Shown: positions 47,679-57,825, counted from the first letter of the stretch. The stretch is DNA of 64,000 bases from Saprospiraceae bacterium (GCA_031411275.1 JANOAU010000052.1:18524-82523), one strand, 5' to 3'. The notes: a model not told the origin generated them from the letters alone. Numbers and translations are program-made.

Positions 47679-48758
47679 ATGAATAAAATAATCAAAAATA
47701 TCAAGCGGCTTTTGACGCGACGCGCCATTTATCATGCCGCTTTTTGGTTCGTTTTGCTGTGCGTACTGACGTTGAGCGAGATGCGGGGTGGTGATGCGAG
47801 TTTTATGCATTTTTTTTCAAATGAATTGGTCAATGTCTTATTTTATGCCGCGATATATTATGCCAATAGCGAGTTTTTGATTCCTAAGTATTTGAAACCT
47901 AATAAGTTGTGGTCTTATCTCATCGGTCTGATAGGGATTGCATTGGTATTAACACCTATTAAGATTTTTATTCTGTTCCAAAAATTTGCAAATTTCCCCG
48001 ACGACCAAGACTTTTTGATTTCTCATCAATCATATTACTACCTCATTTCATTGATGACGGCGGGTATTTCCACGATTGTGAAAATTTCTTCCGATTGGTT
48101 GCGTCAAACCCAGACACAACGTGACTTAGAAACACGCACGATGCAAACCGAATTGAATTTTTTGAAATCTCAAATCAACCCGCATTTTTTGTTCAATACT
48201 TTGAATAGTTTATATGCTTTGACCTTGAAAAAGTCAGATGCTGCGCCCGAAGTGGTTATCAAGTTGTCGGAAATGATGCGTTATATGCTTTATGAATGTA
48301 ATGAGCCGTTGGTACCCCTCAGTAAAGAGATGAATTATATCCGCAATTATCTTGATTTGGAACGGTTACGTCATAAAAGTTTGGACATAAAATTTGAAGT
48401 AGAAGGCATCGTCGGTGATTTAAAAATTGCACCTTTAATTTTTATTGCTTTCATTGAAAATGCTTTTAAACATGGTGCAAGTAACCATATTTCAGATGGT
48501 TTTGTGCATATTCACGTCTATTTGGACGGCGAGGAATTGAACTTATATGTCGAAAATTCAAAACCTGAACAACAGCCGACACAAGACCACCGCAGAAGTG
48601 GCGGCATTGGTTTGGTGAATGTTAGGAGACGACTCAATATTTTGTATAAAAATAATTATAATTTAGAAGTGCATGACAAACCCAATACATATGGTGTTAA
48701 TTTGTGGATGAAAATATTGCCTGATGTGGTGAGTGAATCGGCATTGGTTAATAGTTAA
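47679..48758 (+). CDS. LytS/YehU-type sensor histidine kinase
   Basis: N-terminal TM segments, then LNFLKSQINPHFLFNTLNSLYAL (His_kinase PF06580) and an HATPase_c region (ENAFKHG ... GGIGLVNVRRRL). Confidence 0.85.
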   Translation: MNKIIKNIKRLLTRRAIYHAAFWFVLLCVLTLSEMRGGDASFMHFFSNELVNVLFYAAIYYANSEFLIPKYLKPNKLWSYLIGLIGIALVLTPIKIFILFQKFANFPDDQDFLISHQSYYYLISLMTAGISTIVKISSDWLRQTQTQRDLETRTMQTELNFLKSQINPHFLFNTLNSLYALTLKKSDAAPEVVIKLSEMMRYMLYECNEPLVPLSKEMNYIRNYLDLERLRHKSLDIKFEVEGIVGDLKIAPLIFIAFIENAFKHGASNHISDGFVHIHVYLDGEELNLYVENSKPEQQPTQDHRRSGGIGLVNVRRRLNILYKNNYNLEVHDKPNTYGVNLWMKILPDVVSESALVNS

Positions 48759-48764
48759 TAAACC

Positions 48765-48797
48765 ACATTTATGAATTTTTAAAAAATTCATAAATGT
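48765..48797 (+). terminator. Palindromic hairpin just after the kinase stop
   Basis: ACATTTATGAATTTTT / AAAAATTCATAAATGT has 16-bp arms and is AT-rich. Confidence 0.45.
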
Positions 48798-48835
48798 TGA
48801 CAACCAATTAGTTAGCTAAGATTCTCGTATAAAAC

Positions 48836-49023
48836 ATCTATCATCTTGAAACCACCGATTGAAAATCGGTGGGCTAAGGAATACCCACGACTCCCATCTA
48901 TTATCTATTCAAAACATCACATAAAATAGCTATCTGATGCGATGTTTTGAATAGATGATAGATGTTGGAGGAGGTTGCTTACTTTTCTCCTCGTTGAAAA
49001 CGAGGGGTTTCAAGATGATAGAT
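48836..49023. other. 188-bp nested inverted-repeat element (MITE-like, or a structured RNA)
   Basis: Outer 18-bp arms ATCTATCATCTTGAAACC (48836-48853) / GGTTTCAAGATGATAGAT (49006-49023). Inside are hairpin CCACCGATT-gaa-AATCGGTGG, a 24-bp stem at 48895-48918 / 48941-48964 (one mismatch) and hairpin CCTCGTT-gaaa-AACGAGG. Confidence 0.7.
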
Positions 49024-49099
49024 TTTTTACAAGAAAGTGCTGATAAATTAGATGTAATTTATAAGTTAGAATGTAATAACAATAAAAAAAGTAAAAAAA

Positions 49100-49837
49100 A
49101 TGAAAGTAATCATCGTTGACGACGAACCTTTGGCATTAGATGTCATAGAAACTTATGTTTCTCGGATGCCCAATTTGGTACTTGTAGCACGCTGCAACAA
49201 TGCTTTTGAAGCCAATGAAGCTTTAAAAAACAATGACATTGACTTAATGTTCCTTGATATTCAAATGCCGCAACTGACGGGTATTGATTTTTTGAAAACC
49301 TTAAAAACGCCGCCTATGGTCATTTTCACAACGGCTTATCAGCAATATGCTGTTGAAGGTTTTGAGTTAAATGCCATTGACTATCTTTTGAAACCGATTT
49401 CCATGGATAGATTTATGAAAGCCGTGAATAAGGCAAGCGAACAATACGAATTGCATCATCAAGAAGCTAAAAACGGGGCGCATACTGAGGGAGTCGCTGA
49501 AGCAAAACCAGATTATATTTTTGTGAAAGCAGATAAAAAATTGCAGCGTGTGAAGTTTTCAGAAATACTTTATATCGAGGGTTTGAAGGATTATGTCATT
49601 ATCAGAACCGAAACGGGTCGCATTATTTCGCTCCAAACCATGAAAAGTTTGGAAGATAAGTTGCCTGTGGCACAATTTGTCCGTGTTCACCGTTCATTCA
49701 TTGTTGGTATTGATAAAATTCATGCTATTGTAGGCAATATGGTTGAAGTTATTGAAAAAGGGGCAGCAAAGCATCTACCTATTGGTAAAAACTATCGCGA
49801 TGAATTGTTGGAGATGATTGAAAAGCATAAACTTTAA
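49100..49837 (+). CDS. LytTR-family response regulator
   Basis: Receiver domain (KVIIVDDEPLA ... LMFLDIQMP ... AIDYLLKP) plus a LytTR DNA-binding domain (LYIEGLKDYVIIRTE ... FVRVHRSFIV). Confidence 0.9.
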   Translation: MKVIIVDDEPLALDVIETYVSRMPNLVLVARCNNAFEANEALKNNDIDLMFLDIQMPQLTGIDFLKTLKTPPMVIFTTAYQQYAVEGFELNAIDYLLKPISMDRFMKAVNKASEQYELHHQEAKNGAHTEGVAEAKPDYIFVKADKKLQRVKFSEILYIEGLKDYVIIRTETGRIISLQTMKSLEDKLPVAQFVRVHRSFIVGIDKIHAIVGNMVEVIEKGAAKHLPIGKNYRDELLEMIEKHKL

Positions 49838-50085
49838 GAGAATGTTATGTTTTCGATTCGAGGTCTTTATTTTGTTTTTTAAAAAGATTTTAATTTCAAT
49901 TAGATATTAAATTTCAGTATAAAAAACTGACAATCAGATTTTTATGCAAATTAAAATTAGCTGTTTGGAAATTGTTAAATGAAAAAGATATAAGAAAAGG
50001 AAAAAAACCAGACATTTGATTTACTTTTGTCGCAAGTCAAAGCATTTATCTTTTCATAAAATTTTTCAAAATAAATAGGGAAGAA

Positions 50086-50493
50086 GTGGATAATGAGAGA
50101 CAATCGCGGAAATTTGAAAGTGTTTATTCAAAGAAAGTCCGCGCAGGAAAACGAAGAACTTACTTTTTTGATGTTCGCAGAACCAAAGGAGAAGATTATT
50201 ACCTCACCTTAACTGAAAGTAGCCGCCGTATGGATGGTGGTTACGAACGGCATAAAATTTTCCTTTATAAAGAAGATTTTAACCGCTTCATTGAGTCGCT
50301 CGAGGAAACTATCAATTACATCAAGACTGACCTTATGCCACAGTATGATTACGACGAGTTTACACGTCGTCAAGAGGAATATGAGGCTCGGTTGCGAGAC
50401 GAAAACAGCAATGATGTTGATGGGGAAAAAGAAGAACCCAAAGCGATTGTTTTTAAAAAGAATGATATTGACGATGATGATATGAGTTGGTAA
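50086..50493 (+). CDS. DUF3276 (Pur-alpha-like nucleic-acid-binding) protein
   Basis: GTG start. VYSKKVRAGKRRTYFFDVRRTKGEDYYLTLTES ... HKIFLYKEDFNRF is the PUR-like repeat. The tail is acidic. Confidence 0.7.
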   Translation: MDNERQSRKFESVYSKKVRAGKRRTYFFDVRRTKGEDYYLTLTESSRRMDGGYERHKIFLYKEDFNRFIESLEETINYIKTDLMPQYDYDEFTRRQEEYEARLRDENSNDVDGEKEEPKAIVFKKNDIDDDDMSW

Positions 50494-50690
50494 TCGCTTG
50501 AAAATGAACGTTTTACTGAAGGGTTCATATACAATAGTGTAAAAATAAAATGAATGTTTAAAATATTCAAGGCGAAGTCTTTTTACAAAGGTTTCGCTTT
50601 TTTATGCCTTTAAATGCTGCAACTTTTATTAGTTTTACGGCGTTATATGAGCAACTTTTTATTTCTTAATTTGATTAAATTTTTAATTAG

Positions 50691-51008
50691 ATGGCAAATC
50701 AACCCACTCCAGACCCAGGTCAAATCAATATTGAACTTCCAGAAGAAATAGCAGAAGGCATTTATTCCAATTTGGCGATAATTTCACATTCCAATACAGA
50801 ATTTGTTATAGACTTTGTGCGTATGATGCCCAATGTGCCTCAAGCAAGGGTCAAAAGCCGCATCATTTTGACACCCGAACATGCTAAACGTTTGTTGGGT
50901 GCATTGATTGATAATGTGCGAAAATTTGAACAACAATTCGGTGCCATTGAAGAAAAAGATGTGCCGCCGTTCCCTATGAGTTTTAATACACCAAAGGCGC
51001 AAGCTTAA
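50691..51008 (+). CDS. DUF3467 family protein
   Basis: INIELPEEIAEGIYSNLAIISHSNTEFVIDFVRMMPN ... ARVKSRIILTPEHAKRLL matches the family pattern. Confidence 0.75.
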   Translation: MANQPTPDPGQINIELPEEIAEGIYSNLAIISHSNTEFVIDFVRMMPNVPQARVKSRIILTPEHAKRLLGALIDNVRKFEQQFGAIEEKDVPPFPMSFNTPKAQA

Positions 51009-51035
51009 TCTAAGTTTGGTTACAGCTTTAAAATA

Positions 51036-51070
51036 AAAAGCGTTGGAAGTATTTGACTTTCAACGCTTTT
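51036..51070 (+). terminator. Rho-independent terminator
   Basis: AAAAGCGTTGGAAGT / ACTTTCAACGCTTTT (one G.T pair), followed by TTGTATTTTT. Confidence 0.65.
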
Positions 51071-51107
51071 TGTATTTTTGATTTTTAGATTTTAAAAAAA
51101 ATACATA

Positions 51108-51662
51108 ATGAATCAGAAAATTAAACCCTTATGGGATAAATTGGAACAAGACCGTTTGTCCTTGTTCCAATTTTTAGAAAAACAGACCCCCTCAGTATTG
51201 AACCAAAAACCTGCCCCTGACAAGTGGTCAGTCAATCAAAATATATTTCATCTCATCGGTGCGGAATCTGCTTCGTTGGCTTATATGAAGAAAAAGTTGA
51301 GCTTTGGCACAGATAATATACCACAAGCAGGTTTCAAAAGTCATTGGCGAAGGTTTATGCTGCGCGCTGCTTTTGCTTTACCTTTAAAATTCAAAGCACC
51401 GCCACAGTTAGAGAAAATACCAGAAGATTTGAATTTTGAAGAATTGAAAAAACGTTGGACAACGTTACGTGCAGAATATTATGATTTTTTAAAGAATATG
51501 CCCGATACGCTGGTCACAGCCGAACTCTGGCGGCATCAACTTGCAGGGAAAATGACCATTTTGCAAATGATTGACTTTTTTGGAGACCATACGAATCGGC
51601 ATAAAAGTCAAATCGAAAAAACTTTGGTAATGGTGAATAATTTAATGGAGAATGGTGAATAA
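51108..51662 (+). CDS. DinB-family (DinB_2) four-helix-bundle protein
   Basis: KWSVNQNIFHLIGAE ... FFGDHTNRHKSQI shows the His triad spacing typical of the DinB superfamily. Confidence 0.55.
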   Translation: MNQKIKPLWDKLEQDRLSLFQFLEKQTPSVLNQKPAPDKWSVNQNIFHLIGAESASLAYMKKKLSFGTDNIPQAGFKSHWRRFMLRAAFALPLKFKAPPQLEKIPEDLNFEELKKRWTTLRAEYYDFLKNMPDTLVTAELWRHQLAGKMTILQMIDFFGDHTNRHKSQIEKTLVMVNNLMENGE

Positions 51663-51672
51663 TTTAATGGAG
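51629..51672 (+). repeat. Perfect 22-bp tandem duplication spanning the DinB-family stop codon
   Basis: AATGGTGAATAATTTAATGGAG occurs twice (51629-51650 and 51651-51672). A partially complementary TTCACCATTCACCATT lies at 51685-51700. Confidence 0.9.
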
Positions 51673-51699
51673 AATATGGCTAAATTTCACCATTCACCA

Positions 51700-52026
51700 T
51701 TACACTTGTTCAGGTGCTAAACGCACTATTAGACCATCAATTTCTTCGTGCATTTTGATTTGGCAACCCAAACGACTGTTGTCTTTGACGTGCATTGCTT
51801 GGTCAAGCATCGCCCATTCATCGTCGGTTGGTTCGGGTAAGGCATGTGCACTTTCGACATAAACTTGACAAGTGGCACACAAAGCTATACCGCCACACAT
51901 CCCTTCCACAGGTAATTCGTAGCTTTTACATACTTCCATCAAACTTAAAGGTATGCCCAATGGGACTTCCAAATTGTGGGCTTCATCGAAGCGGTCAATG
52001 ACTGTAATGACGATAGTCTCTTTCAT
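51700..52026 (-). CDS. fdx: [2Fe-2S] ferredoxin, adrenodoxin/Fdx type
   Basis: CGGIALCATCQVY ... SRLGCQ gives the Cys ligand pattern. The protein is 108 aa. Confidence 0.8.
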   Translation of the reverse strand: MKETIVITVIDRFDEAHNLEVPLGIPLSLMEVCKSYELPVEGMCGGIALCATCQVYVESAHALPEPTDDEWAMLDQAMHVKDNSRLGCQIKMHEEIDGLIVRLAPEQV

Positions 52027-52070
52027 TTTCTAATAAGCATAATACCCATTTTATAGGAGATATTATCGCG

Positions 52071-52078
52071 CAAAGTTG
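52071..52078 (-). promoter_or_regulatory. Candidate -7-like box (CAACTTTG on the minus strand)
   Basis: The plus strand reads CAAAGTTG, 45 nt upstream of the fdx ATG. The spacing matches that of the fumC box. Confidence 0.3.
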
Positions 52079-52290
52079 CATAAAATTATGGAATAAGTTG
52101 CGTGAATGTTGACACTCAAAGCCGCATGATAGAGCCAGATAGAACACATAGGAAAATGTCCCATAATGAGCGTTTTTTTAGCTTTTTCAAAGGAGAATCT
52201 AAAATCTATGCGCACTATACATCTATATGTTTGAAGAAAAAAAGCCATGTTATTATTTTCTCATTACTATCTTTGCAAAAAAAAATAATA

Positions 52291-52434
52291 ATGAAACCAG
52301 AAAATTCAGAAAAAACATGGTGGGATGAAAAGCCGCCGATATTCAAAACATGGCGACAGATGTATATTTTCGTTCTTGTTTTTCATGCTTTGGTGATTGC
52401 GGCGTTTTATGCTTTTACATTGGCGTATTCGTGA
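52291..52434 (+). CDS. Possible 47-aa single-pass membrane protein
   Basis: MKPENSEKTWWDEKPPIFKTWRQMYIFVLVFHALVIAAFYAFTLAYS has one clear TM segment. The longer track ORF (52102) overlaps the promoter region of fdx. Confidence 0.3.
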   Translation: MKPENSEKTWWDEKPPIFKTWRQMYIFVLVFHALVIAAFYAFTLAYS

Positions 52435-52516
52435 ACTCACCCCTCAGTAAAAAGCACAAAAAAGGGATAAAATGCCACCATTTTACCCCTTTTTTTATAT
52501 CTGAAATGAATAAATT

Positions 52517-54154
52517 TTAAACTGAAACGGCCTCACCATACATCTCCTCGCGTAAGGCTTTGATGCGTGGGCTGTGGACATATTCCCCATAAGTCATCAA
52601 TTGGTCAATCATACCGTTTGGCGTAATTTCGATGATGCGATTGCCGACAGTGTCCAGTATTTGATAGTCATGGCTGGTAAAAATCATATTGCCTGGGAAG
52701 TCTTTCATCCCGTTGTTTAGGGCAGTGATACTTTCAAGGTCAAGGTGATTGGTGGGTTCATCCAAAATAGTGAAGTTAGGATTCGCCAACATCGCTTTTG
52801 ACATCATACAGCGCACTTTTTCACCCCCTGACAAAACGCTGGCATTTTTGAATACCTCTTCACCACTGAACAACATACGTCCTAAGAAACCACGAATAAA
52901 CGACTCGTCTTTTTCTTTTGAAAACTGACGCAGCCAATCAATGAGATTCATATCGTTTGTGCCTGTAAAGTATTTTGTATTGTCGTTGGGCAAATACTGA
53001 GGGGATATGGTTTGCCCGTATGAATACTTGCCTGTAAAGTTTTTATCTTCTCCCGCAATGATATTGAAAAAAGCTGTTGGTACATTGGCATTACGGCAAA
53101 GAATAGCAATTTTCTCACCTTTATTCATTCTAAAACTGATGTTTTGGAACAAATATTCACCATTTTCGGCAACTTTTGACAGATTTTCACATTCAAAAAT
53201 AACATCCCCTGGGTCACGTTCAGGTTTGAAATTGATGAAAGGGTAGCGGCGACTGGAGGGGCGCATATCTTCCAAATTCAGTTTATCCAATGCTTTTTTA
53301 CGGCTGGTCGCTTGTTTCGATTTAGAGGCATTAGCAGAGAAACGAGCAATAAATTCCATCATTTCAGCGCGTTTTTGCTCTACTTTCTTATTTTTATCTG
53401 CCATTTGGCGCGACAACAATTGACTTGTTTCGTACCAGAAAGTGTAGTTACCTGTAAACAAACGGATTTTGCCGAAGTCAACGTCCACAACGTGCGTACA
53501 CACCATGTCCAAGAAGTGACGGTCGTGGGAAACGACAATGACTAAGTTTTGGTAATCGGCGAGAAAGTCACAAAGCCATTCTGTTGTTTCCGCATCCAAG
53601 TCATTCGTCGGTTCGTCCATCAACAAAACGTCAGGGTTGCCGAAAAGGGCTTGTGCTAAAAGGACTTTGATTTTGTCTTTGCCGCTCAACTCACGCACCA
53701 AAGAGTCGTGTAAAGATTCTTTGATGCCCAAATTGGACAGCAATTCAGCTGCATCAGACTCTGCCATCCAGCCGTTCATCTCGCCAAATTCGGCTTCGAG
53801 ATCGGCGGCGTGCATGGATTCTGCTTCCGTTGCGTCGGGATTGTCATAAATGGCGTTTTTCTCAATCATGATGTCATATAGGCGTTTATGCCCCATCATC
53901 ACGGTATCAATGACCTTGACATCATCAAAAGCGAAGTGATTTTGAGACAAAATCGCCATACGGTTGCCAGGTTCGATACTGACTTCGCCACGATTAGGCT
54001 CAATTTCGCCTGATAATATTTTAATGAAAGTAGATTTGCCTGCGCCATTCGCACCGATGACACCATAGCAATTACCTTTTGTGAATTTGAGGTTGACCTC
54101 ATCAAATAGAATGCGTTTGCCGAATTGCAACGCTACATTATTGACCGTAAGCAT
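52517..54154 (-). CDS. ABC-F family ATPase (two tandem ABC domains, no TMD)
   Basis: Two Walker A sites (GANGAGKST and a degenerate second), two LSGG signatures (LSGKDKIKV, LSGGEKVR) and an inter-domain charged linker. The start is set at Met20 (54154). Confidence 0.8.
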   Translation of the reverse strand: MLTVNNVALQFGKRILFDEVNLKFTKGNCYGVIGANGAGKSTFIKILSGEIEPNRGEVSIEPGNRMAILSQNHFAFDDVKVIDTVMMGHKRLYDIMIEKNAIYDNPDATEAESMHAADLEAEFGEMNGWMAESDAAELLSNLGIKESLHDSLVRELSGKDKIKVLLAQALFGNPDVLLMDEPTNDLDAETTEWLCDFLADYQNLVIVVSHDRHFLDMVCTHVVDVDFGKIRLFTGNYTFWYETSQLLSRQMADKNKKVEQKRAEMMEFIARFSANASKSKQATSRKKALDKLNLEDMRPSSRRYPFINFKPERDPGDVIFECENLSKVAENGEYLFQNISFRMNKGEKIAILCRNANVPTAFFNIIAGEDKNFTGKYSYGQTISPQYLPNDNTKYFTGTNDMNLIDWLRQFSKEKDESFIRGFLGRMLFSGEEVFKNASVLSGGEKVRCMMSKAMLANPNFTILDEPTNHLDLESITALNNGMKDFPGNMIFTSHDYQILDTVGNRIIEITPNGMIDQLMTYGEYVHSPRIKALREEMYGEAVSV

Positions 54155-54169
54155 GAATAACCGATTATG

Positions 54170-54204
54170 TGAAATATGAAATATGAATGATGAAATATGA
54201 AAAT
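54170..54204. repeat. Heptamer tandem block TGAAATA TGAAATA TGAATGA TGAAATA TGAAAAT
   Basis: Read directly from the sequence. It lies in the 5' leader of the ABC-F gene and uses the same word family as the hairpin at 43981-44046. Confidence 0.9.
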
Positions 54205-54298
54205 TAGGCATATTTCATAAAAAATGACACTGAATACTGAGGGGTCTCTAACAGGAGATTAACCGTTTTCAAAATCCTATAAATCATTTTTTGCGCCG

Positions 54299-54306
54299 CA
54301 AAGTTA
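54299..54306 (-). promoter_or_regulatory. Candidate -7 box (TAACTTTG on the minus strand)
   Basis: The plus strand reads CAAAGTTA, 145 nt upstream of the ABC-F ATG. Confidence 0.3.
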
Positions 54307-54380
54307 GCAAAAGAAAACCGTTTGACCATGCACGAATCATTGTCAAACGGTTAAAAAAAAGAAAAAAATTAGTTAGGGAC

Positions 54381-55070
54381 TCAATACCCGCTATTGCCGA
54401 AGCAATACGCTAAGGTCAAACCACCGAACATATACCAATCGTTCTTTTTAGGATTCCCTGTTTTACTTACACCGTCAAGGTAGTCTGAAAACGTGAGGCG
54501 TGTACCCCATTCTATTCCGACAGAAACGGCTTCTCCAAATTGTACTTTAAAACCTACACCCATCGGGAAGGCGGGTACAATACTCGAAGCACCGTCTTCT
54601 GGAAAAGGATAAGGTCGTGTATCAGGTGGCGCAACCGGCGAACCGTCGTTTGAGGCAATGCCCAATCCTGCAAAAATATAAGGATTAAACAATGTACTAC
54701 CGCCTTGAAAATTGTTTTCATTACTTTGACCTAAAAAATTGAATTCACCAACAACCGAAAATTCACGAACGGTTGATTTGAATGTAAAGCCACGATAACG
54801 GGTTATGGGGTCAGATGAGCGCAAATCAGAACCAGTGAGCTTGCCTTGAATAAAGCTGCCCCGAATAGTGATAAAACGATTGGGCGTATAGCGTAACAAT
54901 GCGCCAAAAGCAGGTTGTGTTTCTTGCCAACGCAGCGTGCCGTCGGCAAGGTCTCCTTGATAGTTACATGCGCCAACGAATAGTCCTGCTTCAAATTGGG
55001 CGTTACTGAGGGGTAGGCAAAGGACGAAAGCAAGGGCTGTTAATTTTATTTTTTTCAATAAGTTTAGCAT
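54381..55070 (-). CDS. Small outer-membrane beta-barrel protein (DUF6089/OmpW-like style)
   Basis: Signal peptide, alternating beta-strand pattern, and a C-terminal aromatic ending (GNSGY). Confidence 0.45.
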   Translation of the reverse strand: MLNLLKKIKLTALAFVLCLPLSNAQFEAGLFVGACNYQGDLADGTLRWQETQPAFGALLRYTPNRFITIRGSFIQGKLTGSDLRSSDPITRYRGFTFKSTVREFSVVGEFNFLGQSNENNFQGGSTLFNPYIFAGLGIASNDGSPVAPPDTRPYPFPEDGASSIVPAFPMGVGFKVQFGEAVSVGIEWGTRLTFSDYLDGVSKTGNPKKNDWYMFGGLTLAYCFGNSGY

Positions 55071-55347
55071 TATAATGCGTTTTATGAGTGATTGAACTTT
55101 ATAGTAATTAGTTGTTCGACAAAAGAGATATGATGCCTAAATATGTAGTAGTCAATTGTTTAGGATATTTTTCGTAAACGATAGTTTTCATTTGATTATT
55201 TATAACGCACAAAAGTAGCAAGAGATTCAGTAAGTTTTATATTTAGTCGAAAAGTTAACATATAATTCTATATTGTTATTTCGTAAGTAATATTGTACTT
55301 CTTTAGTCAATTTTAATTCTTTTACCTTTATAGAGTGATGAAATTTG

Positions 55348-55355
55348 TAGTTTTG
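55348..55355 (+). promoter_or_regulatory. Candidate -7 box (TAnnTTTG)
   Basis: TAGTTTTG lies 85 nt upstream of the tatC ATG. Confidence 0.35.
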
Positions 55356-55439
55356 CATTTTTTAGCATCTCCCATACTCAAAATAAGGAGGGAAGATGGA
55401 TAAATTTTTTTATGTTTTTGATAGATAAAAAATAATACT

Positions 55440-56318
55440 ATGCCATTGGATCAATACGATGTAGATAATGAGCCATTAAATGACTCTGAAAAAGAACCTG
55501 AATATGAAGTCAAAAAGAAAGATGAGATGTCGTTTTGGGAGCATCTCAACGAGTTGCGCGCACGTATAATTCGGGCATTGATAGCCATTTTAGTAGGCGT
55601 TATTGTGGTGTTTGCTTTGGGCGAATGGTTTTTTGACATGATAATTTATGCGCCTATAAACAAAGATTTTCCGACCTATAAATTCATGTGTGATTTAGCA
55701 CAATCGACTGGCATGAAAGACTTATGCCTTGTGCCGCCCTCATTGAGTTTGTTTACAACAGAAATTGGTGAAGTGTTTTTTAAGCACATGCAAGTTGCCA
55801 TGATTATTGGTCTTTTAGGTGCCATACCTGTCGTTTTTTGGCAATTTTGGCTATTTATTAAGCCTGGGTTGATGGAGGAAGAAGTGAAAGCAGCGCGGGG
55901 TTTTGTGACGATTTGTTCCTCTTTGTTCATTGCGGGGGTTATGTTTGGTTATTTTATCATTACGCCTTTTGCCGTTTCCTTTTTAGCTAATTATAAAATG
56001 GCAGGAGTCGGTGGCACGGCTTCCCTCGATTCGTATATTGGTTATTTGACGATGTTTACGCTACCGATTGGCCTTGTTTTCGAGTTGCCTGTCATCATCT
56101 TTTTCTTAGCACGGATTGGTATAGTGAGTTCTAAAATGTTGTCTCAATACCGCAAGCACATGGTTGTTGTCTTGCTTGTGGTTTCTGGTATTATTACCCC
56201 TTCGCCTGATGTGGTGTCTCAACTATTGGTTTTTGTGCCGCTTTATCTACTGTTTGAAGTCGGTATTGTCGTTAGTAAAAGGGTTGAAAAAAAGAGAGCT
56301 TTAAAAATGGATAGTTGA
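55440..56318 (+). CDS. tatC: Twin-arginine translocase subunit TatC
   Basis: MSFWEHLNELRARIIRALIA is the TatC N-terminal motif. The protein has six TM segments. Confidence 0.9.
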   Translation: MPLDQYDVDNEPLNDSEKEPEYEVKKKDEMSFWEHLNELRARIIRALIAILVGVIVVFALGEWFFDMIIYAPINKDFPTYKFMCDLAQSTGMKDLCLVPPSLSLFTTEIGEVFFKHMQVAMIIGLLGAIPVVFWQFWLFIKPGLMEEEVKAARGFVTICSSLFIAGVMFGYFIITPFAVSFLANYKMAGVGGTASLDSYIGYLTMFTLPIGLVFELPVIIFFLARIGIVSSKMLSQYRKHMVVVLLVVSGIITPSPDVVSQLLVFVPLYLLFEVGIVVSKRVEKKRALKMDS

Positions 56319-56319
56319 T

Positions 56320-56375
56320 AGTGGATAGTTGATAATTTATAATAACTGTAAATTATCCATTATCAACTATCCACT
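56320..56375. terminator. Bidirectional hairpin with 17-bp arms built from GATAGTT heptamers
   Basis: AGTGGATAGTTGATAAT (56320-56336) / ATTATCAACTATCCACT (56359-56375), between the convergent tatC and fumC genes. Confidence 0.7.
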
Positions 56376-56378
56376 AAA

Positions 56379-57782
56379 TTAAATATTGATGTCGCCTACC
56401 ATTGTTTCAGGGCGCAACACTTCATCAAATTTTTCAGAAGTGATATATCCCAAATCCAAAGCCGCTTCTTTCAAAGTTGTGCCTTCTTTATGTGCTTTTT
56501 GAGCAATTTCAGCCGATTTGTAGTAACCAATGTGTGGATTTAAAGCCGTTACAAGCATCAATGAGTTTGAAACGTGCTTATTGATATTATCATACAACGG
56601 TTCGATGCCGACAGCACATTTGTCATTGAAGGCCACACAAACATCCCCAATCAGACGTGCAGAATGTATGAAATTGTAAATTATCATAGGTTTAAATACA
56701 TTGAGTTCAAAATGACCAGATGCCCCACCAATGTTTATCGCTACGTCATTGCCTAAAACTTGAGCCGCTACCATCGTCATCGCTTCGCATTGTGTAGGAT
56801 TCACTTTGCCCGGCATAATCGAAGACCCTGGTTCATTGTCAGGAATATACAACTCGCCAATACCTGCACGCGGCCCAGAAGCCAACAGACGAATATCGTT
56901 GGCAATTTTCATCAAGGAGCAAGCGACTGTTTTTAACGCCCCATGTGCTTCTACAATAGCATCGTGAGCCGCTAAGGCTTCAAACTTATTTTCAGCTGTA
57001 AAAAACGGTAAGCCCGTCAAATGGGCAATATGAGCCGCCACATTCTCTGAATACTGAGGGGGGGTATTGATGCCTGTACCAACAGCCGTGCCGCCCAAAG
57101 CTAATTCAGATAGATGTGCCAGGGTGTTGTTAATGGCTCTCAAACCATGCGTCAATTGCGACGCATAACCAGAAAATTCTTGTCCAACCGTCAAAGGTGT
57201 GGCATCCATCAAGTGCGTTCGACCAATTTTGACGACATGTTTAAATGCCACCGCCTTTGCTTGCAGCGTATCGCGCAGTTTTTCGATGCCTGGTATCGTT
57301 GTTTCCATCAAAATTTTATACGCTGCAATATGCATAGCCGTTGGAAAAGTATCGTTAGACGATTGCGATTTGTTGACATCATCATTCGGATTGACATATT
57401 TTTTTTCGTCCAAGAGATGACCTCCATTCAACACATGCGCACGGTAAGCAATGACTTCATTACAATTCATATTTGACTGCGTTCCCGAACCTGTTTGCCA
57501 AACGACGAGCGGAAATTGGTCGTCCAACTCCCCCATCAGTATTTCGTCGCATACCTGCCCGATGAGATCACATTTATCTTTTGGTAAAATACCGGCATCG
57601 AAATTGGTTAAAGCGGCTGCTTTTTTGAGGTAAGCAAAGGCTTTGATGATTTCCTTCGGCATCTTATTGATGTCTTGAGCAATGGGAAAATTCATAACAG
57701 AGCGTTGCGTTTGGGCACCCCAATACACATTGGCAGGGACTTCTACCTTGCCCATGGTGTCTTTTTCTATCCTATATTGCAT
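56379..57782 (-). CDS. fumC: Class II fumarate hydratase
   Basis: [16 protein letters not shown] is the fumarate lyase signature. The protein is 467 aa and conserved along its full length. Confidence 0.95.
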   Translation of the reverse strand: MQYRIEKDTMGKVEVPANVYWGAQTQRSVMNFPIAQDINKMPKEIIKAFAYLKKAAALTNFDAGILPKDKCDLIGQVCDEILMGELDDQFPLVVWQTGSGTQSNMNCNEVIAYRAHVLNGGHLLDEKKYVNPNDDVNKSQSSNDTFPTAMHIAAYKILMETTIPGIEKLRDTLQAKAVAFKHVVKIGRTHLMDATPLTVGQEFSGYASQLTHGLRAINNTLAHLSELALGGTAVGTGINTPPQYSENVAAHIAHLTGLPFFTAENKFEALAAHDAIVEAHGALKTVACSLMKIANDIRLLASGPRAGIGELYIPDNEPGSSIMPGKVNPTQCEAMTMVAAQVLGNDVAINIGGASGHFELNVFKPMIIYNFIHSARLIGDVCVAFNDKCAVGIEPLYDNINKHVSNSLMLVTALNPHIGYYKSAEIAQKAHKEGTTLKEAALDLGYITSEKFDEVLRPETMVGDINI

Positions 57783-57825
57783 AATAGTCGCGTTAAAAGA
57801 TGATAAATTGAATATTTTTTGTGTG

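Noticed and set aside
50234-50485. 83-aa alternate-frame ORF overlapping the DUF3276 gene
   Set aside because: It is on the same strand and out of frame with a well-supported conserved gene, and it shows no independent signal.
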